Assembly (NCBI GenBank): GCA_965261395.1
Contig: OZ253462.1
Coordinates: 2,592,001 to 2,656,000 of the forward strand
Direction of reading: 5' to 3'
Length of the DNA stretch: 64,000 bases
From: Candidatus Latescibacterota bacterium
GTDB lineage: Bacteria; Latescibacterota; UBA2968; UBA8231
Part shown: positions 8,772 through 19,285 of the stretch, in pieces
Numbering within the stretch: position 1 is the stretch's first letter
Layout: every line of letters begins with the position of its first letter
Notes under the pieces: generated by a model
The model's database searches: none
What the model saw: the letters and a program-made list of their open reading frames with translations, nothing else
What the model was told of the DNA's origin: nothing
Made by a program: the position numbers and the translations under genes

Positions 8772-10257
8772 ATGCTTAAATTCATCGCTTTTGCCGTCCT
8801 GCTAGCCGTCCACGTCGCCCAAGCACAGATCCCCGCTGGCGGCATCCCTTTGACCCAAGGCGACTTTCTCCACTCGGCCCGCGTACCCAACGCCGCCAAC
8901 CATGCCCGCAGTCAGGTCGTAGAGGTCGAGCACGCATCATTTACCCAAGCCCTGCGCATCGAAGTTCTGCACGAGGCGGGCGATCCTTGGAGCGTCGAAA
9001 TTGGCAACCCCACGGCCCTTGCAGTACAAAAGGGCGATGTCGCCCTGATCCACTTTTGGGCGCGGGGAATCGAGTCGAGCGACGAGACCGGCGAAGTCTA
9101 TGCCACCGTCTATGCCCAGAAAGCCGCGCCCGATTGGGACAAATCGCTCTACAAGGGGTTCAGTGTAGGGCTTGCTTGGCGCGAGTTCTTTTATTCGTTT
9201 GAATTTATCGACCAGTACGACGCCGGCGCGGCCGCGATCAACTTCGGCGTTGGCAGTCGTCGCCAGACCATTGAAATCGCCGGCTTTGAAGTCCTGCACT
9301 ACGGCAGCAGCTTATCCGTGAGCGACCTGCCCCAGACCCGCTTGACCTACGTCGGCCGCGCCCCGGACGCCGCTTGGCGACAGAGTGCTGAGGAGCGCAT
9401 CAGGCAGCACCGCCAAGGCGATTTCACGCTGCAAATCATCGACTCGGCTGGCCAGCCAGTGGCCGATGCCCCAGTCGAAGTCACTATGCAGCGCCACGCC
9501 TTCCTCTTTGGCTCGGCCCTGCAGATGTGGCGGCTGACCAGCGAGACGGACGAAAATCAGACCTATCGCGCTAAGGTCAAAGAACTCTTCAACGCCGCCG
9601 CCAACGAGAACGCCCTCAAATGGCCGCCTTGGGATGGCGACTGGGGCCAGACCAATTTCAGTCGCGCAAAGACGCTGGCCGGATTTGCTTGGCTCAAGGA
9701 CCATGGTTTTCACCGCCGTGGCCACGTCTTGGTCTGGCCTGGCTGGCGCAATCTGCCCCAAAGCATCAACGATATGGCCGACCAAGCAGACGCGGCCACG
9801 GCTATTCCCCCGCGCATCATTGACCATCACCGAATTCGATATCAACACAACCGACCAAGCGCTGCTCAATGATTATACCCGCGACTTTATGACCGTCGTC
9901 TTCAGCCACCCGGCAGTCGTCGGTTTGCAGTGGTGGGGTTTTTGGGAAAAGGCCCACTGGCGGCCCAACGCCGCCCTGTACAACGCCGACTGGAGTCCTA
10001 GACCCCACGCACAGATCTACAAGGATTTGGTTTTTGATCAGTGGTGGACCCGCCAGCAGGGTAAAACCAGCGCCGACGGGCAATTCAGCGGCCGAGGTTT
10101 TTACGGCTCTTACCAAGTAGAAGTTCGCCTCGGCGACGAAGTATTCACCGCGCCCTTTGCCCTCGAAGCCGATATGGAAACCGTCACCATCCGCCTAGAG
10201 GTCGCGACCACTATCCGCGATACGGAGGCACAACCCGCTCGGTTCAATCTCGAATAG
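8772..10257 (+). pseudogene. GH10 endo-1,4-beta-xylanase with N-terminal CBM, internally deleted and frameshifted
   Basis: Signal peptide, CBM4/22-like domain, ENALKW and RGHVLVW. At about 9825 IIDH joins out of frame to ITEFD...WWGFW. The acid/base (WDVxNE) segment is absent, and the protein ends at PARFNLE*. Confidence 0.85.
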
Positions 10258-10305
10258 AGAGCACCGATTTCCACCTTGAGATGGGCTTTCCCGCGAGTAT
10301 GGAGA

Positions 10306-11142
10306 TCAGCCCACCCGCGGCCGGACCACAGTTTCGCCGTCGGCTTCCACCAGCGGCCGGTTGTAGATATAGGGGGGTTCGAGCACGGCCTGTTGCGCCT
10401 CGGTCAGCTCGCCGACCCATTCCGGCTGGCTGGTTTGGTAGGTGCCGCCGGCAAAGTGCAAATACTTGGGCGAGTAGCGGTAGAGCAGGGACCGCCGCTC
10501 GTGCTCGGCCGTCCACGGGAGCGTGCCGTGCAGGGTCGCCTCATTGAAGATGACCATGTCGCCGGTTTTGCAGGGGACGTTGTACACGACTTCGCGGTGC
10601 TCCTGCCAGTGGCAAATTTTTTGCGGCAGCGGGAAGTTGGCCTTGTGGCTGCCTGGGATCACGCACAGCCCGCCGTCGCCCTCGTTGACGTCGGCAAGCT
10701 GGAACTGGCAGACGATCATGCCGCAGCGCATCTGGTCGTTGGCATAAGCGTAGTACTGCGAGCCATTGAAGTGGCGGCTGGTCGAGCCGTGGAGGATCAG
10801 GCCCTCGGCTCCCTTGCCGCCGCAGAGCATGAAGGGCGAGTGGTCCATCTTCCAGCCGCGGCCAAAGAGCGCGTCGAGATAGGGGATGAGCTTTTTGTGC
10901 GCCAAGAGAGCGCGGAAGGGCAGGCAGTGGGGTTTTTCCCATTCGAGCATCCCCGCGAACATGCCGCGCCGCCGGCCATTGAGCGCGTCGCTGCCGCCGG
11001 TATTGTGATTGCCGTCTTCGCCGCGCTTGTCCTCATTGGCGTCAAAGGCCGCGTTGAGTGCATCGACTTCGGCAGGGGTGAGGAAGTCGGGGACCTTCAG
11101 GAAACCCTGGAGGTCGAAGAGGAATTTCTCCGTGTCATTCAT
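10306..11142 (-). CDS. Phytanoyl-CoA dioxygenase (PhyH) family protein
   Basis: FDLQGFL N-terminus, GGLCVIPGSHK and GDMVIFNEATLHG..RRSLLYRY motifs. Confidence 0.9.
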   Translation of the reverse strand: MNDTEKFLFDLQGFLKVPDFLTPAEVDALNAAFDANEDKRGEDGNHNTGGSDALNGRRRGMFAGMLEWEKPHCLPFRALLAHKKLIPYLDALFGRGWKMDHSPFMLCGGKGAEGLILHGSTSRHFNGSQYYAYANDQMRCGMIVCQFQLADVNEGDGGLCVIPGSHKANFPLPQKICHWQEHREVVYNVPCKTGDMVIFNEATLHGTLPWTAEHERRSLLYRYSPKYLHFAGGTYQTSQPEWVGELTEAQQAVLEPPYIYNRPLVEADGETVVRPRVG

Positions 11143-11940
11143 CTAATAATACGTCTCCGCGTTGTGCACCGGGTCGTAGCCGACTTCGCGCCGGGGCGTT
11201 TCAATGTCAAAGATGTTATAGGTGTTGTCCGAGATCGCAAAGTAATGCGCGCCACTGGGCAGGTCGCCGGCGCAATGCCGCTGGAAGCAGGCGTGGACCA
11301 GGCGGGCGGCGTCCTCTTGGTGGCACCAGACGGCAAAGTAGCCCCGCTCCGCTACGTGGACCTCGTTTTGCGCATTGACGCCGCCCCAGCGCATGGCAAC
11401 CGCGCTGTGTCCCTGGTCGGCGACCTTTTGCGCCCACTCTTCCACGTGGGCTTTTTCGCGTCCGTAGTCGTTGATTGGATGCGCGGGCACGGCCGCGGAA
11501 ATCCGCTCGGGCCAATCGGTTATCTGGTCAAACTGCCGCTCGGCTAGGGTCCAATAGAAACCCGGCTGGTGAAAGTTGTACAGACCATCGACCGCGTGAA
11601 CCGAGCTGGAGCCGACAATCATCGGCGGCTCGTCTTGAGCCAACACCGCTGCAAAAACCAAATCGGTCATCCGGTTCATGGCCGCCAAGCCACCGCCTCG
11701 GGCCAGATAGACGACCAAGTCGCACCCGGGGATCAGGGCGCGAAATTCATCCGGCGACTCCGTAATATCGAGCTCGATAAAATCCCCGCCGGCATCCGGC
11801 TCGGTCGCCTTGTCCGGCGCGCCGGGCAAATCCACGGAAACCATGCGGTAGCGCGGGTCGAGTCGCGGCATATAGGTCCGCAGGCCCGAGCCAATCGTGC
11901 CGCGCCCACCGATGAGCAAAACCTTGTATTCTGACGCCAT
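11143..11940 (-). CDS. NAD-dependent epimerase/dehydratase (uronate dehydrogenase-like)
   Basis: GGRGTIG, SSVHA and YGREK motifs. Abuts the PhyH gene. Confidence 0.85.
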   Translation of the reverse strand: MASEYKVLLIGGRGTIGSGLRTYMPRLDPRYRMVSVDLPGAPDKATEPDAGGDFIELDITESPDEFRALIPGCDLVVYLARGGGLAAMNRMTDLVFAAVLAQDEPPMIVGSSSVHAVDGLYNFHQPGFYWTLAERQFDQITDWPERISAAVPAHPINDYGREKAHVEEWAQKVADQGHSAVAMRWGGVNAQNEVHVAERGYFAVWCHQEDAARLVHACFQRHCAGDLPSGAHYFAISDNTYNIFDIETPRREVGYDPVHNAETYY

Positions 11941-12012
11941 GCAATTCCTCCTTTTGCGGGGGCAAACCTAAGCGACGGCCCGCCGATAGACCAGCTTTTC
12001 TCGCGAGACGCT

Positions 12013-12747
12013 TCAGTACGCCCAATCCTCGTGTGCGAGCGGCTGCTGGTTCAGTTCATCCCGATGAACGCGCCACTGAGGCATGAACTTGTCCATCAGC
12101 TTGCGAAAACGCTCGTTGTGCTGGCGCTCGATCAGGTGGACCATTTCGTGGACGAGGACGAACTCCAAGCACGAAGTCGGCTTCTTGGCCAGTTCGAGGT
12201 TTAACCAGATGCGCTTGGCTTCGATATTACAGGAGCCCCAGAGGGTCTTCATTTTTTTGATCCGCACCTCATCAACCGCCACCCCAACCTTCTGCTCCCA
12301 TTTGACGCACAACTCCGGCAATTGGTCGCGGAGTTGACGGCGATACCACTGCTCCAGTACCGCCTCCTTTGCGTCCCGGTCGGTGCCCGGACGGACGCGC
12401 AACGCCATCTTTGCGTTGTTGAGCAGACGAACCGCCGGGGGACCGTCGTGCTCGACCACGTCGAGCCGATAGCGCCGACCCCGGAAGTAATGGCTCTCGC
12501 CGGCCACGAACTCGCGCTGGGACTGGCGATCTTGTTGGGCAAATTCGGCCTGCTTCCGGCGAATCCATCCCAAGCGCGAAATGACGGCCAGCCGCACGGC
12601 GTCATCGTCGAGCCACAGCGGTGCGGCCACCCGCACCCGACCGCCCGGCGGATAGACGCCTATGTGGAGGTTCTTGATGCTCTTGCGGACGACCTCTACC
12701 GGGATTCCTCGGATGTCGATGCGGCGGCCTCTGACCTTAGTAGTCAC
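12013..12747 (-). CDS. YgjP/DUF45 (M48-like) metallo-hydrolase associated with Type I R-M
   Basis: KMKTLWGSC and HEMVH..ERQH motifs. Overlaps the hsdR stop. Confidence 0.9.
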   Translation of the reverse strand: MTTKVRGRRIDIRGIPVEVVRKSIKNLHIGVYPPGGRVRVAAPLWLDDDAVRLAVISRLGWIRRKQAEFAQQDRQSQREFVAGESHYFRGRRYRLDVVEHDGPPAVRLLNNAKMALRVRPGTDRDAKEAVLEQWYRRQLRDQLPELCVKWEQKVGVAVDEVRIKKMKTLWGSCNIEAKRIWLNLELAKKPTSCLEFVLVHEMVHLIERQHNERFRKLMDKFMPQWRVHRDELNQQPLAHEDWAY

Positions 12748-15700
12748 GCTGTGCCTTCACGATCTCGAATATCGCGTTCACGAGGCTCTCGTTGCCGCCG
12801 AGTTCTGCGTGGATAGCGTTGAGGACCTCGCGTTCCTTGACTTTGTGTCCCCGCCAGTCCGCCTTCTTCACTCGACGGATGGCGCGATCTAGAGCGAGCG
12901 CTTTCGCCTCCCTGACATCGACGTCCAGCTCAGTGCCAAGTGGCTCTCTGGCTGCCGGAACCAGCACTACCAAGTTGTCGAACAGCGCTCTCAATGCCGC
13001 GTTGTTGATGCTAACAGGATAGGATGCTTGGGTTTCTGGCCGGTTGATCTTTCTGGTCAGATCAACGATCTGCGCCAGGTACTCCTTGTAGTCGATCGCC
13101 TCTTGCTTGCGTTGGCGGACCAGGGCTTCCAGCAGCTCCGACATGTTCTCGTAGTACTTGGGATTGACTTCCGTCTCGTCGATGATGAGTCGCCGGACAT
13201 TGTTTTCAATCGTCTCGGCCACCGCCGCACGGCTCTTGCGGATACCTGCGGGCAGCGCTTCGACCGCCTCTTCCCCGCGCTCAACAATCAGTTGCACGAG
13301 CGTCAAATCGTCGAATCCCGATAGCTGCTCACTCTCTTCGGCGCGGATGTACGTATCGAGCAGGTGCCGCATGGCTGGCTCGTACACCTTCAGGTCAATG
13401 TAGTCCCCGCTGGCCAGCTTGATCTCCTGGCGCACCTTCTCGTAGTGATCCACTTCGGCTTTGATCTCCTGCGCTTCGGCGTCGGAATAGCCAGCTTCGC
13501 GCATCTCGTTGGCCAAGTTGGCGTAAGCTCGCAGGAATGCTGCGACTTGCTTGTAGAACGCCACGCGCTTTGGCTCATTGTTTTTGAGTTGGCGAGCGTT
13601 ACTGGCAGTGCAGAAGTAGTGCAAATAGGCCGCAGTATCGTGCGGCGGTTCGACCGGCTCGCACAGCGCCTTGGTCGCCTCGCGTCTTTCCTCTAGCCGC
13701 TTCCGCCCCTGTTGGAGCCGGTCCTTCAGCAGGCCCTCCACATCGGCCTTGTCGTACCCGTCGAATGCCTCGCCCGTGTAGTCCTTAATGGACTGCTCCA
13801 GCGACCGGAACAGGTCTTTGTAGTCGATGACGTAGCCGTATTCCTTGTCGTCGCCGTCGAGGCGGTTGACCCGGCAGATGGCCTGGAATAGGCCGTGGTC
13901 CTGCATCTGCTTGTCGATGTAGAGATAGGTCGCCGATGGGGCGTCAAAGCCGGTCAGCAGCTTATCTACCACGATTAAGAGCTTCATCTGTCCCGGCTCG
14001 TCGATGAAGCGCTTTTTTACTTCCTGCTCAAAGCGCTCGACTTTGTGCATGGCCGTTTCTTCCGGCTCGTTGAAGTACGTCGCCAGCATCTTTCGGTAGG
14101 CGTCGTACTGGCGCAGCTTCTCCGTTAGCCCCTCGCCGGTCTCCTCCCCTTTAATGTCCGCCGAGGTTGGCCTGTACGAGGTGACAATGGCGCATTTGCC
14201 CGTCAGCTCGGTCTGCTGAAACATGTCGAAGAAGCGGCAAGCTGAGTAGATGCTGCCGGAGACGAGCATGGCGTTGCCGCGGCCGCTCTTGAGGCGGTCG
14301 TACCTCTCCATGTCGAGTAGGATGTCGGCGACGATTTTATCCAGCCGATCCTGCGCGCTCAGGACTCTTTGCATCGTGCCCCAGCGCTGCTTGAGCTGAG
14401 CCTTGGCCACATCCGTCAGCCCACGGGTCTTGATGTCGAACCACTGATCGATCTTGGCCTGCGAGGTAATGTTCTGGTCGATGTCGCGCGCCTCGTAGCG
14501 CAAGTCCAGCACCACGCCGTCGCCCACGGCCTCGTCGTACTTGTAGGCGTGGATGTACGGCCCGAAGGTTTCGATACTCCGTTGCTTGTCGCTTTTGAGT
14601 AGCGGCGTCCCGGTGAAGCCGATTAGCATGGCTCCCGGCAGCAGCGCCTTCATCGCGTCGTGGAGCTTGCCGGACTGGGTGCGGTGGCACTCATCTACGA
14701 AGACGAATATATCGCCCTTGGCGTGGAAGTTGGTTGGCAGGTGACTGCGGATGTCCTCGACGAACTGATCGACGTCGCCTTCTTCGGACGCGCCGAATTT
14801 GTGGATTAGCGAAGCGATCAGCCATTCGTCGCTAGTGTTGAGCACGCGCACCAAGTCGGCACCGCTTTTCGTGCGATGGAGGTCCTCGCTGACGCCCTTG
14901 AAGACCTTCTCGATCTGCTCGTCCAGTTCGGTGCGGTCGGTGATGAGTAATACCCGAGGGTCTGTGACGTGCTCGCGGATCCACTTGGCCAGCCAGACCA
15001 TAGTCAGGCTTTTGCCGCTGCCTTGGGTATGCCAGACGATGCCGCCCTCGCGGCGCTGCACGCGAGCCTGCGCCGCCTTCACGCCGAAGTACTGGTTGTG
15101 GCGGCAGATCTTTTTGACGCCCGCATCGAAGACGACGAAATCGTGGATGATTTCCAGCAGCCGCTCCTTGCCGCAGAGTTGGCTCAACTCCCGGAGCAGC
15201 GGATTGTCGTCAGCACTCGGATGGGCCTCGGCTTCCTTCCAGTGCAGCCAGTACTTCTCCGACGTCTCGATCACGCCGTAGCGCAGCCCTTCGGTGTCGT
15301 TGCCCGCCATCACGAGTTGCACGGTGGCGAAGAACGGCTGGATGAATTCCTTCTTTTGGCTGTCGAGGTTTTGGCGAATGCCCTCGGTCACTGACACTGT
15401 CGAGCGCTTCAGTTCCAGCACTCCCAAGGCGATGCCGTTGACGTAGAGCACAAGGTCGGGCCGCTTGGTATTCTCGCCGGAGACCGTCACCTCCTCGGCG
15501 ATGGCGAAGTCGTTGTTGCTGGGATTCTCCCAGTCGATCAGCCAGATGGTGACGGTCTGCTCACCCACGCCCGGCTGGGCCTTCACGCCGTAGCGGAGCA
15601 GTCCATAGACCTCGCGGTTGGCGTCGTAGAGCGTCTTGCTGCCGCCGAGCGCCGCTGCCTTATTCAGCTCGAACAGCGCCTTATCGATGATCTTATCGCT

Positions 15701-15862
15701 GTGCCCCTGGCGTTTGAGCCAGTCGGTGATATGCTCTCTCTCGACGTTGCGGTTGCCGGATCGGTCCTGCCAGGGACCGAGGTACCTGTATCCGAGCGCG
15801 TCCTGAAAGAACGCCACCACCCGCCGCTGGGTTTGGATTTCCCGTTGGCCGACGGCGCTCAT
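12737..15862 (-). CDS. hsdR: Type I restriction endonuclease subunit R
   Basis: RPD..YVNG..ELK nuclease motif, HTQGSGKS, DECH, FTGTP, LLTGFDAP and QAICRVNR. Confidence 0.97.
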   Translation of the reverse strand: MSAVGQREIQTQRRVVAFFQDALGYRYLGPWQDRSGNRNVEREHITDWLKRQGHSDKIIDKALFELNKAAALGGSKTLYDANREVYGLLRYGVKAQPGVGEQTVTIWLIDWENPSNNDFAIAEEVTVSGENTKRPDLVLYVNGIALGVLELKRSTVSVTEGIRQNLDSQKKEFIQPFFATVQLVMAGNDTEGLRYGVIETSEKYWLHWKEAEAHPSADDNPLLRELSQLCGKERLLEIIHDFVVFDAGVKKICRHNQYFGVKAAQARVQRREGGIVWHTQGSGKSLTMVWLAKWIREHVTDPRVLLITDRTELDEQIEKVFKGVSEDLHRTKSGADLVRVLNTSDEWLIASLIHKFGASEEGDVDQFVEDIRSHLPTNFHAKGDIFVFVDECHRTQSGKLHDAMKALLPGAMLIGFTGTPLLKSDKQRSIETFGPYIHAYKYDEAVGDGVVLDLRYEARDIDQNITSQAKIDQWFDIKTRGLTDVAKAQLKQRWGTMQRVLSAQDRLDKIVADILLDMERYDRLKSGRGNAMLVSGSIYSACRFFDMFQQTELTGKCAIVTSYRPTSADIKGEETGEGLTEKLRQYDAYRKMLATYFNEPEETAMHKVERFEQEVKKRFIDEPGQMKLLIVVDKLLTGFDAPSATYLYIDKQMQDHGLFQAICRVNRLDGDDKEYGYVIDYKDLFRSLEQSIKDYTGEAFDGYDKADVEGLLKDRLQQGRKRLEERREATKALCEPVEPPHDTAAYLHYFCTASNARQLKNNEPKRVAFYKQVAAFLRAYANLANEMREAGYSDAEAQEIKAEVDHYEKVRQEIKLASGDYIDLKVYEPAMRHLLDTYIRAEESEQLSGFDDLTLVQLIVERGEEAVEALPAGIRKSRAAVAETIENNVRRLIIDETEVNPKYYENMSELLEALVRQRKQEAIDYKEYLAQIVDLTRKINRPETQASYPVSINNAALRALFDNLVVLVPAAREPLGTELDVDVREAKALALDRAIRRVKKADWRGHKVKEREVLNAIHAELGGNESLVNAIFEIVKAQRDY

Positions 15863-17343
15863 GTCTGTGTACTCCCTGATTTTAGGCTCGCGAGCGCGAC
15901 ACTCCCCTTGTCCGTCAGCCGGTACCTCTGCAATGGACTCCTCGGTTTATCAGGGACAGTCATTTCTAGCAGTTCTTCTTGCAGGAGTCGCTCTAGCCAC
16001 ATCCTGAAATTTCTCGTTCGACCCGAATAGCTTGCAGCCGCTCGCAACTCTTTACTTGTAGCTGGTTGCTGAACACAGGCTTGCAACATGGCAACATCCC
16101 TGGCTGACAATGTAGCTTGGACCCCAGCTTGGACCCCAGCTTGGACCCCAGCTTGGACCCCAGCTTGATCCTGATCTAGCCGCGGCTCTACCAGCGATTC
16201 TGGCTCCCCTATGTGCTCTCGCGCCTTGTCCAAGTACGCGGCAGAGAACGGGAACCTCAACCACAAACCGTCGCCGCTAGATTGTAGCTTCCATTCTGGT
16301 GCGGGGTTGCCAACCTCTTTGCACATTTCCGCAATTCGCCGGATGCCTCGTCCCCAAGCTTCGATCATTCCGGCTCGGAAGAATGCGTAGGCGATTCGCG
16401 GGTTATACGGCTTTGACGAAAGTTCCCCAGCAAGTTGATCGGCGACCCATTCAGACGGCAACTGCACCGCATTCCAGATCGCGATACGGTCGTCGTACAC
16501 GCGAATCTGAATTGTGGTAGGACTAGCGTAATCCCGGTGAATGATGGCGTTGATCACCGCTTCGCGCATGGCTTCGCGCGGCACGGGAAAGGTCTCCACG
16601 CGATAGACGCCGTCATAGGAAATCAATGCCTTCGTGTACTTCGTGTACAGCAAGTCCATCGTCCGATCGACCTGAGTAAACAAGTCGCCTTCGATTACAT
16701 CCTGATACAGTAGCTCCGAACCTCGGAAATAGCCGATTTTCACATAGGCTTCCATCACGAATCGGTCCGGCGCTGGATGAAAGAGCAGTACCGCGGCGCG
16801 CTTCAGATAACCCGCCTCTCGCAACTGAAGCCTTTCGATCACTCCCTCATCAGATTCGTCCAAGATGTCCTGCGGCAACCGTTCGCTGTCGGCACCCCGT
16901 TGGCGAAACCCATCAAAGACGCGACCGTCCAAGTCCTTGAGGCCGACGCCCGGCAGGGGCACGTCGTCCCACGTTCGGCCGTATTTCTGCAACAGGAAGC
17001 GGCTAAGTGCCGCGCCTCTGAGAACCTGCTTGGTGCTGCCGCTTCGATAGTGGAATTCGCCTTTGTAGCTGATTGGATTCGGGTAGGGATCAACCGCGAT
17101 TTCCAGATATTCCCCGCCGTCTTCCGACTTCAGGTTCACGTCCACCACGACGCCGAGCAATGCCTGCGCCTTGTTGGGGATCTCTTCGAGCAGTCGGAGA
17201 ATATTCTTCACTCCGACCACCTCACCCCGGTCATTCTTGCCGATTTCCAGTACGCCGCCCTGAGCGTTGGCGAAGCCGCAGACCCATTTTAGATGCTCGT
17301 CCCGCCATGTCTCTTTCCATTCGATGTTCTGGTTCTCGCTCAT
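15859..17343 (-). CDS. Schlafen/AlbA_2 + HATPase_c_4 + winged-helix protein
   Basis: ENQNIEWK..CGFANAQGG.L.IG (AlbA_2), REAVINAIIHRDY, NPRIA..F...EAWGRG and a C-terminal PDKPRSPLQRY wHTH. ATGA overlap with hsdR. Confidence 0.9.
   Translation of the reverse strand: MSENQNIEWKETWRDEHLKWVCGFANAQGGVLEIGKNDRGEVVGVKNILRLLEEIPNKAQALLGVVVDVNLKSEDGGEYLEIAVDPYPNPISYKGEFHYRSGSTKQVLRGAALSRFLLQKYGRTWDDVPLPGVGLKDLDGRVFDGFRQRGADSERLPQDILDESDEGVIERLQLREAGYLKRAAVLLFHPAPDRFVMEAYVKIGYFRGSELLYQDVIEGDLFTQVDRTMDLLYTKYTKALISYDGVYRVETFPVPREAMREAVINAIIHRDYASPTTIQIRVYDDRIAIWNAVQLPSEWVADQLAGELSSKPYNPRIAYAFFRAGMIEAWGRGIRRIAEMCKEVGNPAPEWKLQSSGDGLWLRFPFSAAYLDKAREHIGEPESLVEPRLDQDQAGVQAGVQAGVQAGVQATLSARDVAMLQACVQQPATSKELRAAASYSGRTRNFRMWLERLLQEELLEMTVPDKPRSPLQRYRLTDKGSVALASLKSGSTQT
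16114..16168. repeat. 12-bp tandem repeat (agcttggacccc) x4.5 encoding (QAGV)n
   Basis: Directly visible. An in-frame linker repeat. Confidence 0.95.
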
Positions 17344-17399
17344 GTCGTCGTCTGGTGTTGGTCTCTAATGCGTAAGAATTTTCCGTTGGCAGCCCATGC

Positions 17400-19283
17400 T
17401 CACTGCTTCTCACCCTCTTTGCTTTCGGCATCATTGGACAAAGCATTCCAAAAGGGGATGAATACGAGCTTCAGTCCAAGCCACCAAGCATAGATCGCGT
17501 TGGCGGAGTAGAAGGCCCTGTCATCAAGCAGACCGTGTGCGAGTTCATTTCGGAGATTCGGTCCAAATGAATCACAGAAGAGTGCTCTGATCTCAAAACT
17601 CAGATCCTCGCCAAATATCTTTTCCGTCTGTGGAAGGTCCATAAGCGAGCTTAGACCGTTTTCATTCTCTATGCCATTGCTATCTATATTTGTGGTTTGC
17701 ACTCCTGCTTGTTTCAAGTGGCAGCGTACCATGTGCTCGATCTGGGGCACTAGGATATGGAGAGCCGTGACAAAATCTCGATCATAACCTGAGAACAATG
17801 CCTTGCCGAAGAGTAATTCACGCCCTATAGGCACGATGGGAGATTGCCTAGCAAGATTGACAAAATCGGCTTCTCGCAAGCGGTGTTCTAAGAGCAGAAT
17901 CTCTTGGGCGGGCCAGATGCAACCTTGAACGGCAAGATCGACATGAATACGGTAATTTTCGATCATCTTGGAATAGATAATCTCCCCGTCGCCATCAGCC
18001 TCAGCGTCATCAGAGAGTGTGGTGCTGGGACTCATTCCAGGCCGTTTTGCAATGACGCGACCATCACGGCTCATAACCGTTTCAGAAACTAATGCCTGCA
18101 ACGGGGAGTTGTGAAGTAATTCGGTCGCGTTTTCGCGCAATTCCTTGACGTTCGTGCGACTCAAGTTGACAAATGCCTTCAGCGCCTCATCCAAGGTTTC
18201 TCCCTTCACTGCATCACGCGCATTTTCGACGATTTGACTGATGTCCTGCCCAGGAATGCTGATGACACCCATCTCATCCAGCGATTTCTCCCCGGATTCG
18301 TTGAGACTCCTCTTTAGCTCAGCAATCCGCTCATCTACTCTATGAGTTGCGCGCTCTGACCGGGGAATGGTGCGGTAAGTCTGGATGGCGCTCTCGTAAA
18401 AACTTGCGGCGACCATGTGACTCGGTTGATCCGACGATAATCTGGCAACAGCCTCTTTGACCCAGCCCTCCGCCACCTCGACCGTCATTTCAGTTGACTT
18501 TTCATCGTCCCCAGATTCCTTAAACCAGTGGGCCGATGCTTGGAAGTATTCGAGCGCTTTGCGGAACTCACCTTCGTCCTCAAACTCGCGAGCCAGAGAT
18601 TCAAGTTTCGTCGCAATTGTCGTCGAGTGATCCCTTCCGAGGGCGTTAGACTTAAGTAAGTCAGCTAACCAATACCCGAGAAAGCCATCCTCTCTCGTCA
18701 CCGACGTGAATGCTTTGATGATCGAGGCTTCCATTTCTGCAAGACGCTCGCCAGCTCCTGCTCCGAGCATGCGAGCCAGATTGATTGCCCTCTGCCAGCA
18801 CCTATCTCCGCCATGCAACCATGTCTCGGTATCTAATGGGATTGTCCGATAGCTATCAATAGCCGCCAAGGCGAACTTGACTTTACGGGGACTTTGTAAG
18901 AGCCAGACCAGATCGGCCAGACGTGATTTCAGCCACGGATCGTCAATTATCTCGACAATCTCCGCGAAGAAGGCGACATCGGTTTCCGATAAGTCGTCTG
19001 GAATGATTGAGCGACGACCATCCGACGACTCCATGAAGGGCTTGAAAGGCTCGTTAAAACTGTCGGACGAGAGCATCATCGAACAGGCATCAGCTAGCAG
19101 CCATAGTGCCTTGCCATGAGATTGCCGGTCTTCTTTCATGGCCTGCTTCGCAGCATCGGAGAACACATAGTGCATCGAGGGATAATCTTTACGGTCTGCA
19201 CTAGCCAAGACCTCCTTCCAGCCACAACCGGCAAAGTCCTCAAGAGTTAGAATTAAGTCTTTTGGATAACGATCGTGGGACAT
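17400..19283 (-). CDS. DUF4209 protein with helical N-terminus and C-terminal HEPN-like motif
   Basis: TPR-like helices, ALHILVPQIEH and GPNLRNELAHG (R-x4-H). Confidence 0.8.
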   Translation of the reverse strand: MSHDRYPKDLILTLEDFAGCGWKEVLASADRKDYPSMHYVFSDAAKQAMKEDRQSHGKALWLLADACSMMLSSDSFNEPFKPFMESSDGRRSIIPDDLSETDVAFFAEIVEIIDDPWLKSRLADLVWLLQSPRKVKFALAAIDSYRTIPLDTETWLHGGDRCWQRAINLARMLGAGAGERLAEMEASIIKAFTSVTREDGFLGYWLADLLKSNALGRDHSTTIATKLESLAREFEDEGEFRKALEYFQASAHWFKESGDDEKSTEMTVEVAEGWVKEAVARLSSDQPSHMVAASFYESAIQTYRTIPRSERATHRVDERIAELKRSLNESGEKSLDEMGVISIPGQDISQIVENARDAVKGETLDEALKAFVNLSRTNVKELRENATELLHNSPLQALVSETVMSRDGRVIAKRPGMSPSTTLSDDAEADGDGEIIYSKMIENYRIHVDLAVQGCIWPAQEILLLEHRLREADFVNLARQSPIVPIGRELLFGKALFSGYDRDFVTALHILVPQIEHMVRCHLKQAGVQTTNIDSNGIENENGLSSLMDLPQTEKIFGEDLSFEIRALFCDSFGPNLRNELAHGLLDDRAFYSANAIYAWWLGLKLVFIPFWNALSNDAESKEGEKQ

Positions 19284-19285
19284 GA

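Noticed and set aside
16114-16168. Short repeats as a possible CRISPR array
   Set aside because: The units are head-to-tail with no spacers, lie inside a CDS, and there are no cas genes.
17343-17400. Possible fossil hsdS tail (QTTT* overlapping the next ATG)
   Set aside because: There is no detectable identity with the present hsdS 3' end.
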